NCBI GenBank assembly: GCA_965140785.1
Contig: OZ223477.1
Coordinates: 1-24,083 of the forward strand
Reading direction: 5' to 3'
Source of the DNA: an uncultured Ruficoccus sp.
GTDB lineage: Bacteria > Verrucomicrobiota > Verrucomicrobiia > Opitutales > Cerasicoccaceae
DNA: 24,083 nt
Shown here: piece by piece, positions 9,242 through 18,191 of the stretch
How positions within the stretch are numbered: the stretch's first letter is position 1
How the letters are laid out: each line of letters starts with the position of its first letter
Notes under the pieces: model-generated
What the model was told of the DNA's origin: nothing
The model's database searches: none
The model's input: only the letters and a program-made list of their open reading frames with translations
Made by a program: the position numbers and the translations under genes

Positions 9242-9427
9242 GTGTCCCCCAAAGACCTCCGCGCTCCAGAGCGCAAGCTCCCCATCAATATAGTGAAAGG
9301 ATTATCAATGGGGACCAACGACAGCCAAGCCCTAACCTGCTATACTTTTAGCCATATTTCCAAGCATTCCTGCTGGCAGCGCCTATCTAAGTGCCAGTCC
9401 TAACCGACAACTCCCCAATTCAATATC

Positions 9428-10267
9428 ATGAAAGTACTATCCCCGATTTGCGGTAAGCTCTGTGCGACCGCGGCCATCAGCCTCTTATCTCTGACCGGTG
9501 CCTACGCCCAGGCTCCCATGATCAGCCTGCTCTTTGAAGACGCCCCCCTGGGCCCCGTCACCAACAGCACTTTCGCTGACTGGACTGTCAGTGACGGTAC
9601 CGACCGCGTCGTTGAAGTTATCACCGACACCGAGGACTACTTCGGCAAGGGCGCCAGCGCCCACATGCTCAATTTCTCCCGCCTGGTGGAAGGTGCTGGT
9701 ACGATGAGCTTTCGTGCCACCAACGCTTTCACCCCGACCAGCCTGTTTACCCTGAGCTTTACCATGTACGAGCCGGACATCAGCGGCACGGGCGCACTCG
9801 GCATCTACATCGGTCGCAATACACCCGGTAGCACCGATCTGGGCGGCTTCCTAACCCTGCGTAACGGCGGTGTCGGAAATACCTCTGGCGGCACGGGCAG
9901 CGGCGCCTACTCCATGGATACCGCCCACCGCTTCGACCTCGTCTTTAATAACGGCAGCACCTCCGCCACCTATGGTGAGAGCACCCTCTCGGCCGAATCC
10001 GTTGACATATGGGTAGACGGTGTCCGCGTCTTGCAAGACGCCCAGTTCACCACCACTGGCAGCTCTTACACGGGTAACATCAGCAGCGTTCAGTTCATTT
10101 ATGCCAGCTCGCCAGACGGCCCCCAAACCGTTTACTTCGGGGAAATCGGCGTCTTCAACGGCGGTGTCGTCGGCGCGGCTATCCCCGAACCGAGTTCCAG
10201 CTCATTGATTCTGGGCGCCCTGCTTCTGACCGTCTTTGCCTACCGGCGCTTGCGCCAGCGCCGCTAG
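9428..10267 (+). CDS. PEP-CTERM sorting-domain surface protein
   Basis: Signal peptide (...GAYA/Q), Thr/Ser/Gly-rich body, and C-terminal IPEPSSSSLILGALLLTVFAYRRLRQRR (PEP, TM helix, basic tail). Confidence 0.92.
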   Translation: MKVLSPICGKLCATAAISLLSLTGAYAQAPMISLLFEDAPLGPVTNSTFADWTVSDGTDRVVEVITDTEDYFGKGASAHMLNFSRLVEGAGTMSFRATNAFTPTSLFTLSFTMYEPDISGTGALGIYIGRNTPGSTDLGGFLTLRNGGVGNTSGGTGSGAYSMDTAHRFDLVFNNGSTSATYGESTLSAESVDIWVDGVRVLQDAQFTTTGSSYTGNISSVQFIYASSPDGPQTVYFGEIGVFNGGVVGAAIPEPSSSSLILGALLLTVFAYRRLRQRR

Positions 10268-10310
10268 TCCGTCCGCATGCCCCATGAGTGGGGGCAAATA
10301 GCTTTAATAG

Positions 10311-10349
10311 AAAATCCTCCGGTTCGGAATCGAGCCGGGGGATTTTTTT
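10311..10349 (+). terminator. Rho-independent terminator
   Basis: AAAATCCTCCGGTTCG-gaat-CGAGCCGGGGGATTTT-TTT. Confidence 0.8.
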
Positions 10350-10394
10350 GCATCTGCCATAAAACGAGTTATTTGCGAAAGATAATACCGGGAG

Positions 10395-10422
10395 TTGACC
10401 CCTGCGCATTAAGGACTAATCT
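10395..10422 (+). promoter_or_regulatory. Putative sigma-70-type promoter for the Ntn-hydrolase gene
   Basis: TTGACC-16 nt-TAATCT, ending 45 nt upstream of ATG 10468. Confidence 0.4.
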
Positions 10423-10467
10423 AGGGCCTTCTCACCCACTGTCACACCCACTTAATCCTCATTACGC

Positions 10468-11571
10468 ATGAAGACTCTGAAAAACGGCTTCCGCAGCCTC
10501 CTGCTTGGCGCAGGGGCTTTTCTCACCCTCGGCATCACTGCCTCCCAGGCTTGCACCAGCTTAATCGTCGAAACCGACGACGGTGACTATGTCTATGGCC
10601 GCACCATGGAGTTCGGCATGGAACTCAAGTCCCAGCCCGTCGTCGCCCCCCGGGGCCTCAGCTACACCGGCACCGGGGCGAAAAAAGGCCAGGACGGTCT
10701 CAAGTGGACCGGCAAGTACGCCTTGGTCGGCATGAACGCCGTGGACCAGCCCCTCATCTGTGACGGGATGAACGAAAAAGGCCTCGCCGGCGGCATCCTC
10801 TATTTCCCTGGCTACGCCGAGTACACCAAACCGGCTGACGCCGATCCGGCCAAGAGCCTCGCCCCCTGGGAATTCCTCTCCTGGTGCCTGAGCAGCTTCG
10901 CCAATGTGGACGAGATCAAGGCAGCGGTCGAAAATGGAGATGTCCAAGTGGTCGAGGTCGTGTTTCCCGCCTTCGGCTTTGTCGCACCTTTCCACTACAC
11001 GCTCCATGACGCCAACGGCAAATCCATCGTCATCGAGCCCACCGGCGGCACCCTCAAGGTCTATGACAACCCCTTCGGCGTCATGACCAACTCGCCCACC
11101 TTTGACTGGCACCTGACCAACCTGCGCAACTACACCAAGCTCACGGACGAAAACGCCCCGCCCCTCAAAATCAACGGCCAGACGATCAACTCCTTCGGAG
11201 CTGGCTCCGGCTGGCTCGGCATTCCCGGCGACCCGACCCCGCCCTCCCGCTTCATCCGCGCCATGGCCTACAGCATGACACCCGTCAAGCAGCCCAGCGG
11301 CATCGAAAGCGTTCGACTGGTTGAGCACATCATGAACAACTTCGACCTGCCCAAAGGCATCATCCGCGACGCAAAGAGCGATGTAGCCGACTATACCCAG
11401 TGGACTGCCATCGCCGACATCAAGGCCGGAGTCTACTACGTTAAGACTTACGACAACCAGACGCTCCAGGCTATCGACATCAACGACTTCGACCTCGACG
11501 CCAAGGCTCCGCTCGTGGCCGATATCGCCACGGTCGAGAATGCGCCCAGCCTGAGCTTCTCCAAGAAGTAA
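10468..11571 (+). CDS. Choloylglycine hydrolase / penicillin V acylase family Ntn-hydrolase with signal peptide
   Basis: Signal peptide ending SQA, then catalytic CTS. Also YGRTMEF, DGMNEKGL, GVMTNSPTFDWHLTNL, IPGDPTPPSRFIRA, YTQWT. Confidence 0.93.
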   Translation: MKTLKNGFRSLLLGAGAFLTLGITASQACTSLIVETDDGDYVYGRTMEFGMELKSQPVVAPRGLSYTGTGAKKGQDGLKWTGKYALVGMNAVDQPLICDGMNEKGLAGGILYFPGYAEYTKPADADPAKSLAPWEFLSWCLSSFANVDEIKAAVENGDVQVVEVVFPAFGFVAPFHYTLHDANGKSIVIEPTGGTLKVYDNPFGVMTNSPTFDWHLTNLRNYTKLTDENAPPLKINGQTINSFGAGSGWLGIPGDPTPPSRFIRAMAYSMTPVKQPSGIESVRLVEHIMNNFDLPKGIIRDAKSDVADYTQWTAIADIKAGVYYVKTYDNQTLQAIDINDFDLDAKAPLVADIATVENAPSLSFSKK

Positions 11572-11595
11572 CCAGCGCCGCACTCAGCTTTTACC

Positions 11596-11629
11596 AAAGC
11601 CGCCCGCACAAGCGTGGGCGGCTTTTTTT
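11596..11629 (+). terminator. Rho-independent terminator (possibly bidirectional)
   Basis: AAAGCCGCCCGC-loop-GTGGGCGGCTTTTTTT. Confidence 0.85.
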
Positions 11630-11696
11630 GTCGCAAGGAACCACCAGTTCGCTCCAAAGACGCCCCGAAATCCGTCTCTAATTCCGACACCCACGA

Positions 11697-12572
11697 TCAG
11701 TCAACCGCAGCTTGATTCTTGGTGCGGTAAGCCCTCGGACTCAGGCCGGTCTGCACCTTGAACCAACCCGAAAACTCCGGCAGGTGCCGAAAGCCGCTCG
11801 CGTACGAAATCTCCTTCACCGAACGCGAGGAACTGCTCAGGGCGGCCTTCGCGTAGGCCAGTCGCCGCTGACTGAAATAACGTTTCGGGGTCGTCTCAAA
11901 AGCCCCGCAAAACAAGCGGTTCGTCTGCGTCGGGCTCAAGCTGAAAGCCTTCGCCAGCTCCCCGAGGCGAAAGGGTTCATGCAGGGGCCAGGCGTCCACC
12001 CAGCGCTTCATCTCCAGAGGGCGCCCGCCGCCAAACGGCGGCAGATAGGCCTCGACTCCCTGCTCACGCAGCCCCTGCCAGAGCTTGGCCATCCAGCGCT
12101 GGAAGTGCCCCTGCAGCTCCGCATACACGGCATAGTCCGCGCGCGCATCGGGCAGCCGGTGATAAGCCTCCGGGTAGTGCTCACGAACAATCCGCAGCAT
12201 GGGTCCGGCAGATGCCAGCCAGCCCTCCGTCTGCCCAGGCCCGAAAACCCGGGGCTCCTTAAAATCAAAAAGTTCATGCCCGGTCACCCAACGCGCCTGA
12301 AAATGGATCGAGAGGATGTGCGCCCGCGGGCTAAACTGCCGCCACGACGGCCCCGGCGGAAGGATGACCCAACTGCCCGCACGCACCTTTACACGCTCAC
12401 CGGCGACCTCCAGCTCCAGGCTGCCGCGCTTCAGCATCCAGGCCGAGGAACTGCGGGTAGGGCTCTCTCCTGTACGGACCTGCGGCACGCCCTCGTAGAT
12501 CCAGACCAAATGCGAGTCCAAGTTCTTCCAGTCGGAAATACTCAAACCGGGCAAATGATCACGTCCAGGCAT
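11697..12572 (-). CDS. AraC-family transcriptional regulator
   Basis: N-terminal cupin-like region; C-terminal LGELAKAFSLSPTQTNRLF...SVKEISYASGFRHLPEFSGWFKVQTGLSPRAYR. The likely start is ATG 12572. Confidence 0.9.
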   Translation of the reverse strand: MPGRDHLPGLSISDWKNLDSHLVWIYEGVPQVRTGESPTRSSSAWMLKRGSLELEVAGERVKVRAGSWVILPPGPSWRQFSPRAHILSIHFQARWVTGHELFDFKEPRVFGPGQTEGWLASAGPMLRIVREHYPEAYHRLPDARADYAVYAELQGHFQRWMAKLWQGLREQGVEAYLPPFGGGRPLEMKRWVDAWPLHEPFRLGELAKAFSLSPTQTNRLFCGAFETTPKRYFSQRRLAYAKAALSSSSRSVKEISYASGFRHLPEFSGWFKVQTGLSPRAYRTKNQAAVD

Positions 12573-12600
12573 GCTCGAAAACCATAACTTTTTAATTAAA

Positions 12601-12626
12601 TAAGCCAAGCCTGTTTTCTTGGCTTA
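12601..12626. promoter_or_regulatory. Perfect 9-8-9 inverted repeat in the divergent araC/oxidoreductase promoter
   Basis: TAAGCCAAG-cctgtttt-CTTGGCTTA. Confidence 0.5.
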
Positions 12627-12653
12627 GAGGGCCTGGCTTGAAGAATAAAGAGC

Positions 12654-14219
12654 ATGGCAACACCCCCGCACAGCGAAACCCTGCGTTATTACTTTGAGCC
12701 CAAGGAAAAACTCGGCCTCGATCTGAGAGCAGACCTCTGCGTCTACGGCGGGAACTCCGGCGGCATCATAGCCGCGATCGCCGCCAAGCGCAAAGGCCTC
12801 AGCGTCGTCCTGCTTGAGCCGGGCATCCACCTCGGAGGCCTCACCACCGGGGGCCTCGGCCTGACCGACATCGGCAACAAGTTCGCTATCGGCGGGCTTT
12901 CGCGGGAGTTTTACCGCCGCGTGGGCCACCTCTACGGTCAGGAGGAAAACTGGCGCTTCGAGCCCGGCGTGGCCGCCCGCGCCTTCCGCGAGTGGATGCA
13001 GGAGCTCGACATCACCTGCCACACACGCAGCTTTCTTGACAGCGTCGAAATGGCCGACGGGTGTATTCAAAAAATCACGACAGAAAACGGCATCAGCGTC
13101 GCCGCCCGGCAGTTTATCGATGCCAGCTACGAGGGCGACCTCATGGCGCGTGCAGGCGTGAGCACCACCGTCGGACGCGAGGACAACAGCCGTTACGGCG
13201 AGATTTACAACGGATCCCAGTCCCTCGACAAGCACCAGTTCGACCTCCCGGTCGACCCGTATGTCGTCGAGGGCGATCCCGCCAGCGGCCTGCTGCCCGG
13301 CATCGACCCGGAGCCCCACGTCCCCGGACAGGGCGACAAGCGTGTGCAGGCCTACAACTTCCGACTCTGCCTGACAGACAACCCCGACAACCGCGTGCGT
13401 TTGACCGAACCCGAGGGCTACGACCGCACCGATTACGAACTGCTCATCCGCTACAACAAGGCGGGCTACCGGCAGCACTTCGGTAAATTCGACCGCCTCA
13501 CCAACGGCAAGATCGACTTGAACAACTGCGGCGCGGTCTCGACCGATTTCATCGGGATGAACCACGCATTCCCCGAGGCAAGCTACGCTGAACGCGAGCG
13601 CATCTTTCAGGCGCACGTCAAGTGGTCCAAGGGCTACCTGTGGTTTCTCGCTACCGATCCGTCCGTCTCTCCCGAGTTCCAGAAAAAGTTCCAGGACTGG
13701 GGCTGGACGAAGGACGAATTCACCGCCACTGGCGGGTTCTCACCCGCGCTCTACGTGCGTGAAGCACGCCGCCTCGTCGGCGATGTTGTCATGACCGAGC
13801 ACCACTGCACGGGTCGCGATAAGATCGACGACCCGGTTTCGCTCGCCGCCTACACGATGGACTCGCACAACTGTCGCCGCATCGTGGTGGACGGCAAAGT
13901 CCGCAACGAGGGAGATGTGCAGATTCACTCCGGCCCGCCCTACCCGGTCTCGTACAAAAGCATCATCCCAAAGCGTGGCGAGTGCCGCAACCTCTTCGTC
14001 CCCTTCTGTCTCTCGGCCTCGCACATCGCCTTTGGCTCGATCCGCATGGAGCCGGTCTTCATGATCCTCGCGGAGTCCTCGGTCGAGGCCGCCGCCCTCG
14101 CGATGGAGAAGGGCATAGCCGTGCAGGATGTCCCCTACCCCGAGTTGCGCGAGCGCCTGCTGGCGGCCGGGCAGGTCATCGACCCGGTCCCCCCGGCAAA
14201 AGACCCCCAGGAAGGCTGA
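12654..14219 (+). CDS. FAD-dependent oxidoreductase (FAD_oxidored/PF12831-like; family often annotated 'xanthan lyase')
   Basis: ADLCVYGGNSGGIIAA, HLGGLTTGGLG, FIDASYEGDLMARAGV, VQAYNFRLCLT, LYVREARRLVG, YTMDSH, LSASHIAFGSIRMEPVFM. Confidence 0.88.
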   Translation: MATPPHSETLRYYFEPKEKLGLDLRADLCVYGGNSGGIIAAIAAKRKGLSVVLLEPGIHLGGLTTGGLGLTDIGNKFAIGGLSREFYRRVGHLYGQEENWRFEPGVAARAFREWMQELDITCHTRSFLDSVEMADGCIQKITTENGISVAARQFIDASYEGDLMARAGVSTTVGREDNSRYGEIYNGSQSLDKHQFDLPVDPYVVEGDPASGLLPGIDPEPHVPGQGDKRVQAYNFRLCLTDNPDNRVRLTEPEGYDRTDYELLIRYNKAGYRQHFGKFDRLTNGKIDLNNCGAVSTDFIGMNHAFPEASYAERERIFQAHVKWSKGYLWFLATDPSVSPEFQKKFQDWGWTKDEFTATGGFSPALYVREARRLVGDVVMTEHHCTGRDKIDDPVSLAAYTMDSHNCRRIVVDGKVRNEGDVQIHSGPPYPVSYKSIIPKRGECRNLFVPFCLSASHIAFGSIRMEPVFMILAESSVEAAALAMEKGIAVQDVPYPELRERLLAAGQVIDPVPPAKDPQEG

Positions 14220-14347
14220 TCGTCGCTTCCCCTAGCGCACCATAAAGACACAGACCGTCCAGACGGACGGCCTGTGCTTGCTGGCGTGTACCTGACACCA
14301 CGAGTCCTGTATTCATTATCGAATACACAGCGCAGCTAAACCTTTGG
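14220..14347. repeat. Hairpin cluster in a convergent intergenic region
   Basis: CACAGACCGTCC-agac-GGACGGCCTGTG and TGTATTC-attatc-GAATACA. CACGAGTCC (14299-14307) is shared with 4633-4641. Confidence 0.45.
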
Positions 14348-16789
14348 CTACGCCATATTGACGACGACCTCGCAGCTACTCCCGGCGGGCACCACCGGGA
14401 TGCGATTGCCGGGAAGGGTCTTACCGTCAACTTCGACTGATGCGACTCCCTTGTTGACACCCCGGGCGTTATTAAATCTCAGCGTGTAGCCCGCTCCGCG
14501 AAAACGGCGGTGCACCGTGAAGCTCTTCCAGCCCGCCGGTACGCAGGGGTCCACGGTTAGCGCGTCGTAGTCGGGTTTCACACCGGCAAACCCTTGGCTG
14601 ACCGTCAGGAATGTCCAGGCGGCCGTCCCGGTGAGCCAGGCATTCTTCGCCTCGCCTGGCGTGGCCGCGTCCTTGCCTGCGATCATCTGCGCATAGACAT
14701 ATGGCTCGCTGCGGTAGGTCTCGATCTTTTCCTCCTTGGCCGCGGGGCAGATGGACAGATAGTACTCGTAGGCACGTTCGCCCTGGCCGAGTTGCATCAG
14801 TGCGAGCTGGATCCACGGGTTGTTGTGGCAGAAGATACCGGCGTTTTCCTTGTAGCCGGGCGGGTAGCTGGAGACCTCTCCCAGTTCGAGCCGGTAGTCC
14901 GGGTAGGCAGGTTGCTGGAGGACACAACCGTTCTCAGTAAAAAGATGCTCGTGCACGCTGGCCAAGGCGCGCTCGGCGCGGCCATTGTTCGCACCCGCTC
15001 CGCCCATAATGAGCCATCCCTGGCTCTCGATATAGATCTGACCGGCCGTCGCAAGTGTGGCTGCCCACGGGTTTGCCGTTCGCGTCAAAGGCGCGCAGGT
15101 ACCATCCCCCGTCCCAGGCATGCGTCTCGACCGCGTCGAGCATCTTTTCGTACTCAGCCTGTGCGTGAGCGGCGCCAGCCTCCTTGCCCATGGCAGTATA
15201 GAGGCCCTTCAGCTCGCGGGCGGCGCAGAGAAAAAGCCCGGCGATCATGAGCGACTCAGCCACCCGGTCGTCCCCCTGGTGGGGAAGGCCGTCTGGAAGG
15301 ACTCGGAGGGGTTCGTGGAGAAACAGTTGAGGTTCAGGCAGTCGTTCCAGTCGGCGTGGCCGATAAGCGGCAGCTGGTGAGGCCCGAGATTTTCAATCGT
15401 GTAGCGCAGGCTCAGCTCAAGGTGATCCATCAGGGTCGCAAACTTGTCCTCTGTATCGGCATATCCAATACACTCTTCCAGGATCGAAAAGTCGCCCGTC
15501 TCCTTGATGTAGGCGCAGGTCGAGAGGATGAGCCAGAGGTGGTCGTCCATAAAGCCGCCGCCGATCTCATCATTACCTTTTTTCGTAAGGGGCTGGTACT
15601 GGTGAAAGCACAGGCCCGAGCTCATCTGCGTCGCGGCGATGTCGAGTACGCGCTGGCGCGCCTTTTCCGGCACCATGTGGACGAAGCCGAGCAGGTCCTG
15701 ATTACTGTCGCGGTAGCCCATACCGCGCCCGATGCCAGACTCAAAGAGGCTGGCCGAGCGGCTCAGGTTAAACGTGGCCATGCACTGCACCTGGTTCCAG
15801 GTGTTCCCCATGCGATTAACGATCTCGCTCGGGGTTTCGAGTTGGAAGTTGGCCAGGCGCTCGGTCCAGCCCACACAGAGTTTATCAAAAGCAGCATTCA
15901 CTGCGGCCATGTCCGTATAGCGGGCCAGCAGGGCCTCTGCCGGGATGCGGTTGAGCGTACCATCGACGTTAAACTTTTCCTCCTGAGGATTCTCGCAGTA
16001 CCCGAGAATGAAGGAAAACTCAACCGACTCGCCGGGCTCAAGTGTCAGATCGAGTTGTTGTGCGCCGATGGGATTCCAGCCGTGGGTGACGCTGTCCGTA
16101 CAAGCGCCGTCCATCACAGCACAGGGCTCGTGCAGGCCATTGTGTAGTCCGACAAAGGCATCGCGGTCGGTATCAAAGCCCTGCACGTCCCGGCTACAGC
16201 CGAAAACCACATAGTGGTCACGGCGCTCGCGGTACTCGGTCTTGTGGTAGATGGCGCTGCCATGCACCTCGACCTCTCCGATCGAATAGGTGCGCTGGTA
16301 GTTCGTCATATCGTTGAGCGCGTCGTAGAGGCAGAACTCGATAAACGAAAACAGCTGTATCTCCTTGCGGGCCGTGCCCGTGTTGCTGACCTTGACCTTC
16401 CAGACCTCGGCCTTCTCGCCCGGCGGCACAAAAAAAGTCACCTCGCAGGCGATGCCGCTTTTCTGCCCGCGTATCCGCGTGTACCCCAGGCCGTGTCGGC
16501 ACTCGTACTCATCGAGCGGCGTTTTGACCGGCTTCCAACCGGGATTCCAGATCGTATCACCGTCCTTGATAAAGAGGTAGCGCCCATTCATATCGAAGGG
16601 GATCTGGTTGTAGCGATAGCGTGTCAGGCGACGCAGCCGCGCGTCCCGGTAAAAGCTGTAGCCCCCGGCAGTATTCGTCACCAACCCGAAGAAATCATCT
16701 TCGCCGATAAAGTTGAGCCAGGGCAGCGGTGTGTCCGGGCGGGTAATCACGTATTCGCGTTGGGCGTCATCGAAGTGACCGTATGCCAT
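14348..16789 (-). CDS. GH94 cellobiose phosphorylase-like protein, split by frameshifts at ~15280 and ~15047
   Basis: MAYGHFDDAQREYVITRPDTP, YRDARLRRLTRYRY, GRGMGYRDSNQD, ADWNDCLNLNCFS (catalytic Asp), YPPGYKENAGIFCHNN, AKNAWLTGTAAW. ORFs 15245..16789, 14934..15263 and 14348..15121 are consecutive parts. Confidence 0.9.
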
Positions 16790-16864
16790 AAATCATAAGG
16801 GGGGGTTAAGGTTGGGGATTTTTTCAATTTCTGATACCGACAAAAGCCAAACACGACTGCTCTT

Positions 16865-16884
16865 GCGTTGAAAACAACGCGTTG
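16865..16884. promoter_or_regulatory. Overlapping palindromes, candidate LacI-family operator
   Basis: GCGTTG-aaaa-CAACGC (16865-16880) overlaps CAACGCGTTG (16875-16884), between the divergent GH94 and LacI genes. Confidence 0.45.
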
Positions 16885-16921
16885 ACGCTTACATAAGAAT
16901 TAAGCAGGCTTTTTTCATACA

Positions 16922-18004
16922 ATGAAGCCGAGGAAAGTCACTATGCAGGACATCGCGACGCGAGCGGGCGTCCACCAGACGACCGTCTCGCTGGCTTTAC
17001 GTAACCACCCCCAGCCTCCCGGCGGAGACGCGTGAGCGCCTGTGCAAGCTCGCCGATGAGATGGGCTACCGTCCGGACCCGGCGCTCTCCTCGCTCGTGG
17101 CGTACCGCCGCCGAACGTCTCAGCAGGTGCAGACGCCAACGCTCGCCTATCTCATGAACGTGGATGGCCCCCGAGGGGCTCGCTGCCTCGCCTTCCCGCC
17201 AGCTCTTCTTAAAAGGCGCGAGCGAACAGGCCGAGTCGCTCGGCTATCGGCTGGAGGTCTTTTACTACGGCCACGGGCACTACCACTCGACCTACCTCGA
17301 CCGTGTACTAAGGACCCGCAACATCACCGGCCTCATCCTGGCGGCCTTCTATACCAGGCCGACCGACCTGACGTTGAGTTGGGACTTCTATAGCCTGGTA
17401 AAAATCGAGACGCTGCCCTTTGGCCTGCGGGCGCATACGGTGAGCAATAACCAATATCAGGCGGTCCGGCTCGCGCTGCGGGAACTGCGCGCACTCGGTT
17501 ACCAACGCATCGGCCTGTGCGTGGCCGAGCATGACGAGAAACACACGGACAATCTTTTCAGTGCCGGTTATCACGTCGAGCAGGCTGGGCACCCCAAGTC
17601 CCAACTTGTGCCCCCGCTCATCTTTCCCGGCAGCGAGTTTTACGAAGACCCCGGCGAGCAGCGCGAGCGCATCCGCCAGTGGATCATCCGTCAGCGGCTG
17701 GAGGTCTGCCTGACGAACTGGGGAAGCCTCGCACCGATTGTCAGAAGCGCCGCGCGCGAACTCGGCCACCCCGTCCGCATCGTGCCACTCGACGTCGACA
17801 CTCAGCGCGGGGCCAAGTGGGGGGTCGCCCAAAACCACGTCTCCGTCGGCGCGGCCGCTGTCGAGGTACTCAGCGGACTGATGCAGAACCACCAACGAGG
17901 CCAGGCCCGAGCACCCGCGCCTCAGCCTGATCGACCCGACCTGGCACGCCCCCCTCCCCCCCCAGGCCCTGCGCCATATCCGCATCAACACGGCGGAATC
18001 CTGA
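16922..18004 (+). CDS. LacI-family transcriptional regulator (several frameshifts in C-runs)
   Basis: ATG 16922 gives MKPRKVTMQDIATRAGVHQTTVSLALRNHP (HTH, absent from the ORF track). It continues MGYRPDPALSSL, GASEQAESLGYRLE, LRALGYQRIGL and VGAAAVEVL. The reconstructed end is ...LIDPTW...INTAES* at 18002-18004. Confidence 0.85.
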
Positions 18005-18191
18005 CTGCTTTTTTAAGCACGCTTTGACTCACGGCCAAGAACTCTTCAGCGCCCCAGTCATAAACTCTCAGACTTGATAAAAAAAAGTCGGTTTTCGACA
18101 AGTTTGAGGGCATGCCAAAGCTCGACATGGCAGACCGGGCCAGCTAGTATTCTCATTTTTAATATCTGGTTTACTTATAATAAACAAAGCT

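Noticed and set aside
7858..9318. 486-aa ORF antisense to xylA, and similar long antisense ORFs at 763-1632, 4904-5794, 10561-11583, 11712-12587, 12624-13616 and 21400-22536
   Set aside because: These are shadow ORFs caused by GC-rich codon bias on the opposite strand of well-supported genes, and they show no recognisable motifs.
9374..9397. CTGGCA...TGCCAG upstream of the PEP-CTERM gene as a sigma-54 promoter
   Set aside because: There is no GC at the -12 position. It is only a 6-bp inverted repeat, too weak to call.
17948..17963. Poly-C tracts in lacI as a phase-variation switch
   Set aside because: They lie at the extreme 3' end and cannot be told apart from homopolymer sequencing errors.
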